The notes below the pieces were generated by a model that had not been told where the DNA came from, did not search any database, and saw nothing but the letters and a program-made list of their open reading frames with translations. 64,000 nucleotides of DNA, taken from positions 94,736,001-94,800,000 of the forward strand of contig CM060731.1 of assembly GCA_030704615.1 (NCBI GenBank). Direction: 5' to 3'. Source of the stretch: Takakia lepidozioides (lineage: Eukaryota; Plantae; Bryophyta). The translations under genes and the position numbers were made by a program. Shown in pieces: positions 23,801-38,196 of this stretch. Position 1 is the stretch's first letter; every line of letters starts with the position of its first letter.

Positions 23801-26800
23801 TTGGCCGCTCCCATTGACTTTTACCTGTTGTCTGGTTATAGTAGTACACATGTCCACTTTCTGCTGTACCTTCCACCTGAGAAAGGAATGTGACAATCCA
23901 GAGCTCAGCCTTTCGTGGTGAAGGAGTTTATGGACGGTATAGAATCAATAAAAACCTATGAGGACATCACAGTGCAGTGCACAGCTCTGTCTCTCTCTGT
24001 CTCTCTCTGTGTTGTCTGTTCCAAGGTAAGTCATACTACCGGCGTCAGCCCCTGACAAAGGTAGTTTCTGTCCCTATGTGTTCCGCTCAAACTGAGCACG
24101 GGATTACTGGCCACAAGGCTACGGCAAACCTCTTATGAGTCCATTCTCTCTCTCGTGTTCCGCCCAGACTGGGCACCTGCTGTATGGCCCTCGTGAGTGC
24201 CATCTCTCTCTCTTTGTGCAACATTTTGGGCTTTATTTTATGCTCAGTGGTTCTATTGTGCCTACTGTGTTCCATAGGCCCTTGGGCCTCCTGCATTTCC
24301 CACTACCTCATAAATCTCTTTTTCTTTCCCAAAATGCTGGGTTGATTACCTTTATGAGGTGCTCCATATCAAAGAAGGCCTGGCTTCTAGCGAATTATTT
24401 CCTCATTATAGAATACTTTCAGAAGCTCTCTGGGTGGAGGTCATGTCTGTAGGTTTCAAAGCATGTTTCATCTCCTCTCCTTTCTCCTCTCTCTCTCCAG
24501 TTCCTTTTCCTTATTGGAACAGGCCAATAACACTGAGAAAGAAGTCAATAAACACACTTTGAGGATTGGGAATTGCTTAACAACTTTGTATGTTATCACT
24601 ACCATATGGCAAACTATAGCAGAGGAGATAATTTCATTTCACAATGGGAGTAATATTAAAGCAAAGATTCAAAGCGAGGTAAATTGATAACAATCACAAC
24701 CAGGCCACCTCATTCTGGGGATTTGTAATATGTGAGTACTTATAAGAGTAGCCCAATGCTTACCCAGCCTGAAGGTAATGATGTGGACAATGAGTCTTTC
24801 TCCATTGTTCCTGTTTCAGAAGTGCTCTGCACAAGCTACGCAAACCAACATACTAATGAGCAACTATCATTCGAGCCAAAGCTCCTCACATTTCATAGCT
24901 AAATCACTAAAATGGTGCCATCAATCAAAATATCAATGTCCGCTGGTTGAAATCATGGTAGAGCATAAGACAGAGACAACTAAGTGGAAGCTACAAGTCA
25001 TTAGATTTTACTTATAATGAGGCCATAGACCCTACGACTGGTTTGGCAGCAGTGAGAAAGAGGGAAGGAGCAGCATCAGAATGTACCTGAGTCGTAAATT
25101 CACCAGGGTTTTCCTCCTTTAAGATGCCCCGTGCCTTCAACCTTTCCTTCAGAAAATCTGGAAGCCCTTTCTCTCCCATCCCCTCCCCATCCTTTGTCTC
25201 CCTTAAGTCAACTTCACTCATTCTCTGATCCTCATTACTCACATAAGGCATAGGTTTGGCACCTGATGCATCCATAGAACGTTCAGGTCCTTGGACCAGG
25301 CTTAGTGGTCCTTGCGGGGGACCAGCAGTAGCTCCTCCCACCGACTTTGGAGATGCCAAATGATTCTCGGGCTTGTACAGACTGGGTGCCGCAGCTATAG
25401 TGAACATAGGAGGCCGTGGACCATTGAAATAGGCACCCCCACCAGGAACCCCATACCCATTGCCAATTTCAACATTCTCTGCACAGCAAGCAAAGATAGC
25501 AACAATATCTTCGTTAGAAATACAATATCATAATGCAATTAGCTTGTGTTGGAGAAATGCACGGACTGCGTGGCAAGTCATCTTCAATCAGATTGTTTCC
25601 TGATAAGAGTTTTCAGTTGTTCAAATATCAGGTGTAGGAGACCTGTGTTACCTGAGCATATGTTAGTTGCAAGTACTAACTTTTACATTACTCCATAAGC
25701 CAATGAAGATCAGGCATCCAGAACAAACACATTTTCGCCAGTCTAGTTTATTATAACCCCCAATAGGAATAAAAGTCAAGCCAGCCCCTCGTGTACCTTG
25801 ACTCTCTATGCATATATTCATATCCACACACAACTGATGCCACACAACTGCAGCAAATACTGCGAGGAGCAACATTACATCTAAGGAGAACTAAACAGGA
25901 TGTAATAAAGTATGTTATTGAACATCTACCTAATGATGCATCGTTAGAAGTAGAATCCTGAACTATAAGTCAACAACCAGGTTTCTTACAGATCCATCAT
26001 TGCACCAAAAGACAAGAACCTTATAATCAGATACTCGAAGCAGCTATCAGCAATACCAAAAATTAACAAGCAGAAAGTCAACCCTATGTTTCAAATTTAG
26101 CTATGCACGACACTGCCTTGAAGGACTACAATGTTAATAGATGACATGTGAGTGAGAGTAGACTGCAACAACTCCAATTTAACTCAAAAACCAAGGAAAA
26201 AACCAGCATAATTCAGGTGACAATGAGAATAGATCTAGGGTAGAAACAAATCAGAACCCTCATGAACAAACCAAAGTGTTGAACTTTAGACTTGTGTCTC
26301 TACAGAAATCATACAAACAACCCAACCAGCACACCCAGCTATCCCATAACACCTCCACCACCATCACCACCTTGCTCGTGCTGGGCTGGCCTGCCCCGTT
26401 TGGAAGCCATCTCCGCCCGATGCTCAGAGGTCATCTTCAGAAGCTTCTCCTGCATCCACAAGTCAGCCACACTTCACCGACCACACCCTCCTCCCCGCAC
26501 TCCCAGTTGACGTTTAGATATTGCCTCGAAGATACTTGTGACCAATATTTTTTCACTTTTTTCTTATCTCCCACCATTTCTGATGATCTAAGCACTGATT
26601 TCAACCCAAGGTAGTCCTGGACTCAATAGTTGGAAGCTCAAGTATTGCTTCGTGTGTGGGCGAACTCCTCATAGACTCAGGTAAGGTTCCGCTATGTTTT
26701 AGAGTACTTCAGGCTCAAAATAGACCTCTTGAGGAACAGAGAACAACCAGTTTGAAGCGTCGACACCTGATCAATTATTGTTGTATTACAACCACTGGCA

Positions 26801-29037
26801 TGTACGGAAGCCTCTAAATCTTGGAAAGCGAAACAATCTTTGGAGTGTTGGGGGGGCAGCGGAGGGGACCACCCTTATAAATGCTGGCCAGCAGCAACCA
26901 ACAGACAAAGCGAAGATCATGAAAGATATTTGATGGGATGAGATAACAAGGTCGGTGTTATTTGTCGCCTCCATTCTTAGTTACTAGTCCCGATTCAAGC
27001 TGCACATCACTAATGATGGCTTCACAAAGGACCAAATTGATACAAAAATAGGCCTGGCATCCACACAGATGCATTCTTCTCACCTTGAGCGCGTTTGAGT
27101 CGTGGCGGGCAGACATCACATCATCTTCCATCTCCATCGTATCGTAAGGCCTTTTTTCTCGCCTGCTTTCTCCAGTCAATGCACAACTTCAGAGGATGAG
27201 AACCCACTAGAGGGATACAAAATGCCACATTTTACAATGACAAAATATTTGGACTTTCAAGAGGTTGGACACTCCCAAAACTTTACAAAACAAGCAAAAT
27301 ACTGGCCTGCTTGGTAGAGAAACTACAAATCAACAACGGTGAACACAACCACTCAAAATATGGTTCAAAACAGAATTTTAAAACTTGGAAGACATACCTC
27401 TGCTGTGCAATGATCTCATGGGCATTGGCTTCCTGTGTTAACCCAAAACCAAAACTGCCAAATGGTTAAATCCAGCACCCAAGGAATGGTAACTCCAACA
27501 ATGGTGCGGTACGGATAGGGAGCAAAATCTTACTTATGTTGTACATAATGGCAGATCCTAACCTACATGCACATCAGTATATAGCTGAACGGGTAAGTCA
27601 AACGGGTAAGTGGAGAGGGGTAAGTCAAACCTGTTCCCGCAGTACTGCCTCCTGGACTGCAGCTTCCATTGACAATCCCATCCCATTACGGTCATTCGAT
27701 GCGGGCCCGGGGTAACCATGCCCATTTTGAGCAAACCCAGGAGAAGGTCCAGGAGTCCACCGGCTGTGCAACTGAGGGGGTCCTGCCCAACCAATCACTC
27801 GAGTTGTGTCTGAATCCTGCTGTGCTGTTGAGTTATCACTGGATTTCTCCTCCGGCATAGGATCCCACCTAGACTTCCGTTTCTGGTCTCGCCGTTTGGG
27901 TTGCTGCTCTTTTGCTGCATCCAGTTCCAAGGATTTTTCTGGCAGAGGCTGAGAATTCTGCTTAGTTGAGGGATGAGACTTTGGGGCTTCATGTTGAAAC
28001 TCTGGACAAGGTTGCTGCTGGTGCTCATGCCTCTGTGATTCCTGTAGAAAGCCCTGAGGAATAAAGCCCTGCTGCCATGAATTGATGTGCTGAGCAGGCA
28101 CTTGTGGCATCTGCATATGTGGGGGGAGTCGACCCTGTCCCCAAGGAGGAGGGGGACCCCCAACCCCCACTTGCATCATGTAAGGAGGCAAGCTTTCGAG
28201 ACCATGCCCCACAGACTGAAACTGTGAAGAGTAGGACTCCCTCGACTCATTCTTCTCAGAGTGGGCAGACTGAACTTGATCTCTCTGTGGGGAGGTGAGC
28301 GAAGGACCATTGTGGGACTGGGGGTGCGCACCATGTGGAGAGGGTTCACCGTGTGACTGCGACTGAAACAGAGGGTTTCCATGATTTTGAGGGACAGAGA
28401 AGGGTGCTGGAGGTACTCCATCAGGTGATGGCATCTGGGAAGAGATAGGGAACGAAGCTTGGGGGTGTTCCCCTGAGTGGTGGGGAGCAAACGGGAACTG
28501 TGGAGATGGTGGATATGGTTGAGATTCTGGAAATGGACCTCTAAAAGGAGGAGGCCCTTGGTTACTGGAGTTGTAGGGATACTGCGAACTTGATTGTGGC
28601 CATGGATGTTGCATCGAGAACTGACCCAATAGTTGATCGCCAGGAAGGGTGGCTAAGGGTGTGTTAGGCCGTGGTGGAAATGGACTGCTTTGCCCCCTTT
28701 GCTGCTGAAGAAAGGGCTGCTGGGCAGATGGCATTGTTGAATTGTTTGGTTGAAAATGAGATCCCACATGGCTGCGTTGTTGAGGAGCTGGAGGTCGGAA
28801 GTGACTCATCTGTGGGTGCGGCAGCTGCTGAGAGGGCGCTCCAAATGAGGGCCATGGAAACGGTGGGCCTTGTGACTGCTGCTGGAATTGAGACGTCGAA
28901 GAAGGTGAGGATGCTGGTGGACCACCTGGAGGAGGAGGGTTCAAAGCCTTGTGAGGGAAAAACTGCTGTGAATTGTCATCCTTTGGAGCACCCACTGGTA
29001 GAGCATTACCAGATGCTGACACCTGGCCTCCTTTCAT
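20815..29037 (-). CDS. PQBP1: PQBP1-like WW-domain protein (multi-exon)
   Basis: Exons encode a Pro/Gln-rich N-terminus, [55 protein letters not shown], two WW domains ([30 protein letters not shown]), [32 protein letters not shown] and [17 protein letters not shown]. Stop at 20815. Start ATG is uncertain. Confidence 0.9.
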
Positions 29038-29109
29038 CCCTAATACCTCCAACCCCACAAAACAATTTAGTAACCCTCTTATTGGTAATAGTCACCTTTA
29101 TCTCCTCTC

Positions 29110-29175
29110 TTTTGAGGGCACTGGGACAATTCAGGTTGGGCTCCCACAATTTACGGATAGAGACTGGTAGATGGG
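29110..29175 (+). mobile_element. Tiny LINE ORF2 C-terminal remnant
   Basis: LRALGQFRLGSHNLRIETGRW, a typical LINE C-terminal motif. A similar decayed stretch lies at about 44600-44660 (-). Confidence 0.5.
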
Positions 29176-31475
29176 AAAACCTGCAGCAAGAAAACCTTCT
29201 GACTCAAAGTGATGAAACTATTGCCTCGCCATCCACATAAGACCAATAATTACTAAAATATTATCTTAAAAGACATGAGACCTCTTCCAAAATCAATTAG
29301 ACATTCCAACTTTGGTGATAACCAAAGTCTTAGATTCTGGAAAACTTCAGAAACAGAAGTGTTGTATGAATGGACAGCAAAACATTCTCAACAACACAAA
29401 GCTCACATACTCTGCAGCGATGAGCATAATGGAAGAGATATCTTGATTTTCATACCCCCTTCCAGAATTCAACAGATGATCTGTCAGCATTCAGTAAACC
29501 AGAGCTCCACTGGAAGGAAGCCTCAGCCAGTCAATGGCCACACTTCTCAATTGAGATCTAATCAGACCCAAACCAAACCAGTATCTCGGAAGTCTTGGCT
29601 TTCACTGGCCCAGACGTGGACCCAGATATTTATCATTGGCCAGATGACACTCGAATATGGAGGACCAAACACTCTGACCAGAACGGGACACTTTCATCAG
29701 ATGCCGGTTGCTAAAGACTGCTGATGTAGACTCCATGCAGGAGCCCATAGATTTGGAATTACTGTCAACAGCCCTAGAGTTTCAGCCTGAAACTCCAAAT
29801 GATGCAGGAAAACCCAAAACTATCCTTGCACTAGATGGTGGTTCTGAATGAGCTGCATGAGCCACAGCATCTGACAGACCTTTAACAAAGAGAAGAGATC
29901 CACCTAGAGTTATGTCTGGTATGGCTGACTAACGTAAGGTGAATGACAGACTGCAGACTTGATCACTGAAGTAACTGAGTGAATCTGGACCTCTATGGGC
30001 TAAAAGCAACTTCCATGTCACCACCAATAACACCTTAATCATGCTCCACCCAGGAACAAACAGGGAGCCTGTCTCGCATCTTGGACTCAGCTTCATATTT
30101 CTGTTGCAAATTTAAGTATAGAATGAAGTTTGGTACAATGTAGAGTACTTAACCCCTGGACATTTGCACGTAAGCCACTCTAACATCTTGAATTGCCATA
30201 ATTCAGTTTGAGCAAGCACAACGAATTTCACATTCCTCTCTTCCCCCAGTTGTGAGCTGCTATCCTGCACAGGTGGCAAAGCTACTATCCCTCACCAGCT
30301 CTGATTACAACAGCTGTGGTGTCCTACTCGCAAATTACCATGGGCAGGTGTTGTTCCATCCTATACCAAATGGTGTCTTACATCTAATGAGCATCCTTTA
30401 ACTGCTCAATAGAAAGAAGAGCCACAGCTATTCAACCATTAAGAAAGATTTGGATACTAGTCAACTCAAGCTAGTTGTATCACAACCTCATCGCACCTCT
30501 TATATTGAATCTACTAATCGCTGATTCTAAGCACCTCGCAAGCGAATGACGGATTCATCAGAGTGTCACTCCAAGCCAAAAGATAAACAAATAGAGCAGT
30601 AGTAGCATGCCATCCCCCAGACGAGAAGGGCTTCGTTAGAGGGAAAGAACAAAGACAAGAAGCAGCAACTTTTCAGCCATAGCCCCTTTGAAAACATAAT
30701 ACTTCATATAGAAGAACATGCAAACACTGAAAAAGGAAAAGCAATATGTGATAATTCTAGTGACAGTATGTGTCAAGTATCAACCGTAAATTCCAAAGAC
30801 TGACATGCTCTCCTAAGATTTTAAGTGACACAGCAGGCGGAAGTTGATGTATTCAACTAAACCAACTAAACCCTATCTAATCGCTAAGATTCTGTCGTAG
30901 AGCAAAAGCTACGAACTGAGTCTCAAAAGTAAGATGAAGAAAGGCAGGAATGTCCAAGGAAAGGAGAAGGCATTCACGCACAGGCCGGCAATGTCAAGTC
31001 GCGGCCGCGACCCCGGCCCGCCATGTGAGCTTCACCTCGGTGCCGCACAGAGACGTACACTTGTTCTCCCCACAAACCAACCCCCCCCCCCCCCCCCCCC
31101 CCCCAAACACACTCTCTCTCGCACGGGGCGACAGTGTGCCCTGCTATTAGGGCTGCATACGAATACCTCGGATGAATGCTCCAGTCAACCTGGATGACCC
31201 TTTGGATGGATGACGTCCATGTACTGGTCAGTAGTTGGATATTCGTGCATGACCTCGGCTTTTTCTTTTCTGTATTAAAATAATAAATGCAGGCCATGAA
31301 CATTCCAAAATGGAAGCATTTTCATCAGTCGACGGATATCGTGTAGTTAGCTCTCATCGCATACGGGTCGAATATGTACCAGAAACCCGGGTTTAGGGTT
31401 TAAGGATCTGCCCTGATCTTTTGCTTTTGCGTTTGCGTTTGTGCCCATCCAATGCTCCTTCCCGCACTGGGCCTC

Positions 31476-31990
31476 TGTGATGCTAACAAAACGCGTTAAG
31501 GCGAGATGCTTCGTCCTCTGCAGAAACGCTTTGATTAGGGGGATATGGCTCGGCAGAACAGCTTCAAGACGAAGGGGGAATCAATCGCAGAGGAGCCACC
31601 AACGGAAGTAGTGGATGCACGATAAACACACAGGAACTCTAAGGCACTGTCTCCCTGTCACACTCACTGCCGCAAACCGTCTGTCCACACAGCTACCAGT
31701 ACACAGGAAATGAACACTAAGATGCCACCCCCAGTCTGAGGTGTGCAGTCCTTTTAACATGATCCAAGTGTCTGACATGTCATCGCCATCTGTTGCGGCG
31801 CTATTGGCTTAAGGCCTTGTCATCTAATCTACTCCGCAAAAACTGATCAACGGTATTTAATGCAGAATTCTAACGGTATACAAACAATAAGTAAAGCAGG
31901 AGCTCTACAGCTCATATACGCGGAATGAGGAAGCTTCATAAGTTCATTTGTCAGGGAGAATTGGGAGCAGGGAGAGAACGGGCCATCACA
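31476..31990 (-). repeat. 3' LTR
   Basis: TGTGATGCTAACAAAACGCG...GGCCATCACA, matching 39075-40409 once the MITE is removed. Confidence 0.9.
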
Positions 31991-32002
31991 TATGTGATGC
32001 TA

Positions 32003-32015
32003 CCCCCAGCTTTCA
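32003..32015 (-). other. Polypurine tract candidate (GAAAGCTGGGGG)
   Basis: G-run on the minus strand, separated from the TG of the 3' LTR by TAGCATCACATA. Confidence 0.5.
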
Positions 32016-32413
32016 AAATTCTGAACACCTGTGAAGACAAGTAACTACTTCTGGTTTGCTAGTGAACTTCCAGATCCAGATTTGTTCAATGGAAGCCACA
32101 GAGGTGGAAGTGATGTAGGAGCTCTCAAATAGCACAGCATAACAGAAAGCTTGGTCACCAGTAACCTGTAGTCTAAGTGTCATAGTGGGAACTGCAAGAT
32201 GCCCCACCTCCAGGCCTGAATTGGGATGAAAAAATCTGCTGTGCAGGAAAAACCCCAATCCTCACAAACAGATGGCCAGTTCATAAACAAGACAAGCTAT
32301 AACAAGCTAACCAAAGCAAACTAATGCTAAGCTCTCTACCTATAAATCAAATCAGCAAACAAGCTAAAGTGGAATGAAGCCACAGCTTGGACACGTGCAA
32401 AACAGCTCCTAGA

Positions 32414-35400
32414 TCATCGTCGAGCTTTCTTCTTGGGAGACATCACCACTGTTCTTCCTTCCACATTCACACATGTTAGATCAAATTGAAGCCTGGAATG
32501 CAATAGGTCGGCAATCGGCACATCTGCAGGGATTAATTCCTTGACGGACGGATGCTGAGGCAATAAGCGAGCTCTGTTACCAGCAGTCATCTCGTAAATC
32601 AGATAGGCCCCCTCTATGCGAGTCTTACCCTTGGACTCTATTGCACCATGCTGCACTTTGACACATACAGTCTGACCAGCAACAAAAGTAGAAGAATAAA
32701 CCACCCTTCTGTTATACTGCTTGGCTTGAGCGAGCTGAGCCTTAAATATATTATACTTAGCCTCATCTATGATCCTAGAGTGATGTGCCAACAGATCAGT
32801 AACGAACTGGTCCCAGTCTTCAGGTTCAGCAATCACTGGATTGAGAGGAGTATGATGAATAGGAGATACAAGGGCGACCATAGAGAAGTTCAAAGGGGTA
32901 CGGCGGGTACTGGCATGCACAACAGTCCTATAAGCAAAAATGAGAGGGGGAAGAAGCACGTCCCATTCCTGGGTAAGACCTCCATATTTCTCCAGCATGA
33001 GACACATGGTTTGATTGAAGCGCTCGGTTAGTCCGTTGCATTGTGGATGATAAGGTCGAGTGGTAGCTTGATGAATGCCCATGTTGTGACATTTCAAACT
33101 TACCGGGCCTTTATTAGATTATTTAAGGTTTCCTTTTCTGTTTGAAAGGGGACAACCATGATCTGGTGAAGTGCAACATCAAAATATTGCAGAATTCCTT
33201 GCCCTGATCAAAGAAAAACTGAGCCACACCATCACTATCCTTAGACACCAGTGGCTGGACCTCTACCCACTTAGTCAGATAATCCGTAGCTACAATTATG
33301 TAACTATGGCCCTTCGACGTGAGATTCAAGGGTCCTACGAGATCCATACCCACCCTAGCAAAGGCAGAGGTTACGGGAATGGATTGTAACTCTAGCACCA
33401 CCGGAGCACGAGGAAGCTTGGCTTTGGCATTGCAGCCCACACACAAGGAGATATACAAGGCCACATCCTTACGCCTGCCTTTCCAATAGAATTTCTCTCT
33501 AATCCTGGCGACAGTCTTCTTCACCCCAAAATGACCAGCAAACGTCGAGTCATGATACAATGCAAAGATTACAGGGAGAGAACTCTTCACTGGCACTTCC
33601 ATAAGGCTGGGAGGGTCACCCTTGAACACTCTGTACATGACTCCTTCCCTCACTACGTGCGAGTGGTGGTTGTAGAGAACCTGACGTCGAACAAGGTCAC
33701 TTATTCCTGCCTGCGTGACACCGCGTTGACACTTATGGAGCAGTGCCTCATACAAAAGATCCTCCATGTCTGCCATACATAGGCCATCATCGTCTTCGAG
33801 GGTCAGAACCAAGTAGCAAGGAGTGTCATGCATCTGGGCTCTCCATGCCATTATACCTGGAACCCTTACAGAAGGACAGCTTACTATAGAACAGACAGGG
33901 CTTATAAATTATAATAGTACCAGTGAGAGATCATCAATCAAAGAACACGAATTAGCATACAAGAGAGGTAGGGACCAGCCCAACTTCAGGTTAGAAGGCA
34001 ACTTCCTGATTCCTCACAGGTTTGAATCCCTTGCCTGCAGTGCCAGTACCAATGGTAACCTCAAGTGCCACCCCTAAGAAGAAGAAGATCCCAGCCAAGA
34101 ACCTTATCCAAAGAGGGTGCCACACTGTAAGAAAACAGATCTGCAGCAAGACAAGGTGTAGCAGCAAGTACATCAAGAGGATCAGAAAGCAAGTCCTCTA
34201 TTTTGCTATAAGGTACAGAAACATGAGGCTCCGTTCTAGTTAGTGCATCAGCGTTCGTATTCTCCTTCCCTTTCTTATAAACAACCTTGAACTCAAAGGC
34301 CTGCAAGGTGAGAGCCCACCTAGCTAACCTGCCATGAAGCTCCCTAGGGGTAGTTAGAGCCTTCAAAGGCAAATGATCAGTCTCAATAACAAATGGGCAG
34401 CCGTGAAGATATTGTCTATAATGCTAACTTCTGAATATAACTGCAAGCCCCTCTTTATCAGTAATTGAATAATTCTTTTCGTGTTTGTCTAATCGTCGGG
34501 ATGCATACCCTACAACTTGTTCCTTACCATCCTTCACCTGACAGAGAATAGAAGATATAGCAACATCACTTGCATCAGTCTGCAATACGAATGGAAGAGT
34601 GAAATCTGGATAAACCAGAACAGGAGCTGAAGTGAGTGCTACCTTCAGCCTTCGGAAGGCTGAATCTGTGCCACCCCCAACGTGAATTTGACTGTTTTAG
34701 AGAGCAGCTTGGTCAAGGCATTGGCAATCCTAGCAAAGTCCCTGATAAATCTTCTATAGTAGGAAGCAAGGCCAAGGAAAGACTTAACGCAGCGTTTGTC
34801 CACAGGAACTGGAAAATTCCACACTGATTCCAAGTTAGAGGTATCTGGTTTAAGGCTAGCAGCAGTAAGCCTATGACCCAAGAACTCCAGCTCTTCAAAG
34901 CAGAATTCACACTTCTTGGTCTTCACCTTGAGGCCAGCTGCTCTCAGTCTGCAAAATACTCGCTGCAGGTCAGTCAGATGCTTGTCAAAGGAGGGAGAGT
35001 ATATGTTGATGTCGTCTATATAAACTAGAGCACCCTCCCATCTCAGGTTTCCTGAAACAACGTCCATGAGTCGCTGAAAGGTTGCAGTGGCATTGCACAA
35101 GCCAAAGGGCATGGATTCGTATTGGTACATGCCCATACGGCATACAAAGGCAGTTTTTTCCTTAGATTTTTCAGTCAATGGTACCTGCCAGAACCCTGAT
35201 GCAAGATCCAGCTTAGAGAATATCTTGGCACCATGTAGCATGTCCAATGTTTCGTTAATTCTAGGTAAGGGATAGACATCCTTCTTTGTGATAGCATTAA
35301 GCCTTCAAAAAACCACACAAAACCTAGTGCTGCCATCCTTTTTCCCAATCAGCACTATAGGATTGGCCCATGGAGAAACAGAGGGGCGTATGACCCCTGC

Positions 35401-36700
35401 ATCAAGCATTTTCTTTATCTCTTCATGAATTATAGATCTCTCCTTGACGCTCTCTCTATAAGGATATTGTTTCACAGGTTTCCCTTCACTCTCTATGTCA
35501 TGCTCGATGAGGGTGGTTCTGCCTAAATCAGTGGGGCCCCTGCTGAACACATCAGCATTCTTCCTTAGAAGATCCTTCAATCTAGATAGCTGAGAGTCCT
35601 CTAGAGAGCCTATCTTGACCATATCAAAAATCTCTTTGACATGAGCTTCATCAAAGACATCAGGATGGCAAGGCTGAGGTGGAGCAGAGTACCTTGCAAA
35701 TGCAATCAAGGACTCTACCTCATTGTTGACAAGACCCATTTCTTGTAGAATAAAACCTTCCTGAATTTCCATGATGTCATCAATGGGTATAGCAGAAATT
35801 CTAGCCAGCACCTGGCCTCTCCTTACTGTGACAGACATCCTCTCAGGATTAGCAACAAGTAGCTTGACCTCACCCTTGAATCCTCTATCAATGACAACAG
35901 AAGCTATCATGCAATGTTTTTGCAAGGCCAACCTTTGCCATCCTACCGCCTCGAGATAATACCCCTGCGGACATAAGAAAGCACACCCAGTAGGCACCAT
36001 CTTTTGACTCATGGGAGGGACAGTGAAATCAGCACATGCACGAATGAGAGTAGTATTATCACGAACTGGAACTGGCTGACCACCTTTCTGTCTCATAGCA
36101 GGGATAGTCCATTGCTGCAAGGTTTGCGCAGACGCTTCTAAATGCATGAACTGTTGCCAACTTACTTCTTTACCACTGCGGTCTCTAACCCATTGAGCAG
36201 TAGCCCTAAGCTGAGAGAGCTTGGCAGCGTTTGAGCCTCGAGTGACTTGGATGGTGGTTAAAGGAACAGTAACCTCCTGACCATCTCCTTTCTTGAAACG
36301 CATGGTGCTATCCCCAAGATCAATGGAGGCAGCAGCCCCTTTCATCCAATCCAGCCCTAAAAGAAATTGATCCCCCATAGTCACTATACATGTAATTAAC
36401 ACCTCTTTTCCATGAATGCCCACAGGGACCGACACGAGACCCAGTGGTTCATAAGTAGTTCCATCAGCTATAACTACAATTTCAGCCCTAGAACACACAC
36501 TATTTCTAAAGGTATGGCAGATACCGTACATCCAGTATCTATTACACAAGGGAAGTTAAGCTGTCCTACATGACACTGGGTGAGCAAAGGAGAAATAGGG
36601 TCCTTCATAAGCTTATTACTTAACTCACAATGTAAAGCTTTGAAGTTTGTAGAAAGCATTACTCTTGTCACCTTACGTGCTTCAGCCAGGAATTTGGTTT
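32414..36700 (-). pseudogene. pol: Gypsy pol (protease, dUTPase-like, RT, RNase H, integrase) with frameshifts
   Basis: VIDTGC protease; VIDRGFKGEV dUTPase-like; LDLASGFWQ and YIDD RT; QTDAS RNase H; H..GHFG..CVGC, GMDLVGP and HPQCNGLTERFNQT integrase. Confidence 0.92.
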
Positions 36701-36742
36701 TTTGAGTAGGTCGATCTCCCATACCTAGCTTTTTGGGAGATC

Positions 36743-38196
36743 TTACTCGTTTAAAGGCTGCTTTCCTTTTCTAAAAACCTCAAGCATAGCAGGAAGATCA
36801 GGCTGGAAAGGACAAAACTTAGTGGCATGACTGGGATCTTTGCATATGTAACACGGAGCATGATGGCCCTGATAAGAACTACCAGTCTGAGTTCTGCCAC
36901 GGTTGTTGGCTGTACCACTAGCAGAAACATTTGCAGCCTTAGGTACCAATGTAGTTTCAGCCTTGAGGTTAGTGATCTTCTCTTCCATATCTATTTCTAG
37001 AACATCAAGTCGCCTGGCCAAAGTCTCATTGCACTCAGCCCTCGCAGCCAGGACAGGAGGTGGCACATAAGCCTTGGGACTCCTCAATTTTTCTCCCTCT
37101 TTGTCTCCCGTGGTTGAGGCAACAAATTTGACTTCCTTCCTAGGGGTTTTAACACTAGCCAACTCTTTCATCTTTATCTCAACCTCCTTGACCATATGAT
37201 CATTGTTGTCAAACTCTTTCCGCTGAGCCCAGGTCTGAACAGAAGCAGGAAGCCCTTGCCAAAACAAGATTTTGACCATCCTGGCTCTTTTTTCGGGATT
37301 TTGGAAATTCTCCGTGGCCCCCATCTTGATGTCAAGATAGTATTGCCACAAAGATTCCCCTTCTTTGTACTTGCGGTGATACAACTTAGCAAATACTTCC
37401 AGGGGTAACTCATCAGGCTTGAACAACTTGCTAGCACTATCCTTAACCTGTTCCCAAGTAGGACTCTTTTCTTCCACTAGATCAGCATTTAGCAGGGTAC
37501 GAGCCTGCCCCTTCATGGCCAACTGGAAAGCATGTATCTTGAAAGCCTCTGGAACCCCATTCAGCAGAGCAGTACTCTCAAACAATTTAAGAAATTCAAC
37601 AAAGTCTTCCCCCATTTTGTATTCTGGGTATGACTGAGCCTGAACCTTGGGTGTTGATGTTCGAGGTTGAGGCATAGTGACCACAGCAGGTTTCAAGGCA
37701 GCTTCTCTTACCTCCAAAGCTGCAGCCTGGTTCATAAGAATTCTCAAAAGGGAGGGACATTTCGACAGAACATCCATAGCTTCACTTATTCCACGCATGC
37801 TATCATCACAAGTAGGTAATGCAGGGTCAGAACCATGAATGCCCAAACCATCAGTTTCTACCTCACCTTCCACCAACGAAGGCACTTCACTGTCAGACTC
37901 TAATGTGGTAAGGGTTTGGTTTAATCTCGCGGGGATCGCCCTGTTTGAGTTTTCACCCCTCAGTGGTGATATGACTGGTGAAACGCCTTGGCTAGAACGA
38001 ATCTCAGTTCGAGGTGAGACAGCCGATTTAAGACAGACGTATGCTCAGGGCTGGTTTTGGCTGTGCGATTCGCAAGTTCTTCAAGGGACATGCTACTATT
38101 ATCATCACCATTGCCTCCTATTACCGAAGGAACCTTGTCTAAGGACATAATCCTGTCAAACCCGGACCTCAACCAAGACTTAGAGGTGCTGGGCAT
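36743..38196 (-). pseudogene. gag: Gypsy gag with CCHC zinc knuckle
   Basis: 380-aa ORF with capsid-like EDFVEFLKLFE..KILFWQGLP and CYICKDPSHATKFC. The N-terminus probably extends into the broken ORF 37960-38196. Confidence 0.85.

Noticed and set aside
23985-24135. Stem-loop-rich intronic stretch next to a CT/GT microsatellite as a ribozyme or snoRNA
   Set aside because: No hammerhead/HDV core or C/D or H/ACA boxes identified. More likely a retroposon 3' end.
28671-29240. 189-aa plus-strand ORF, and similar antisense ORFs over gag/pol and 11318-12477
   Set aside because: Antisense shadows of real coding exons.
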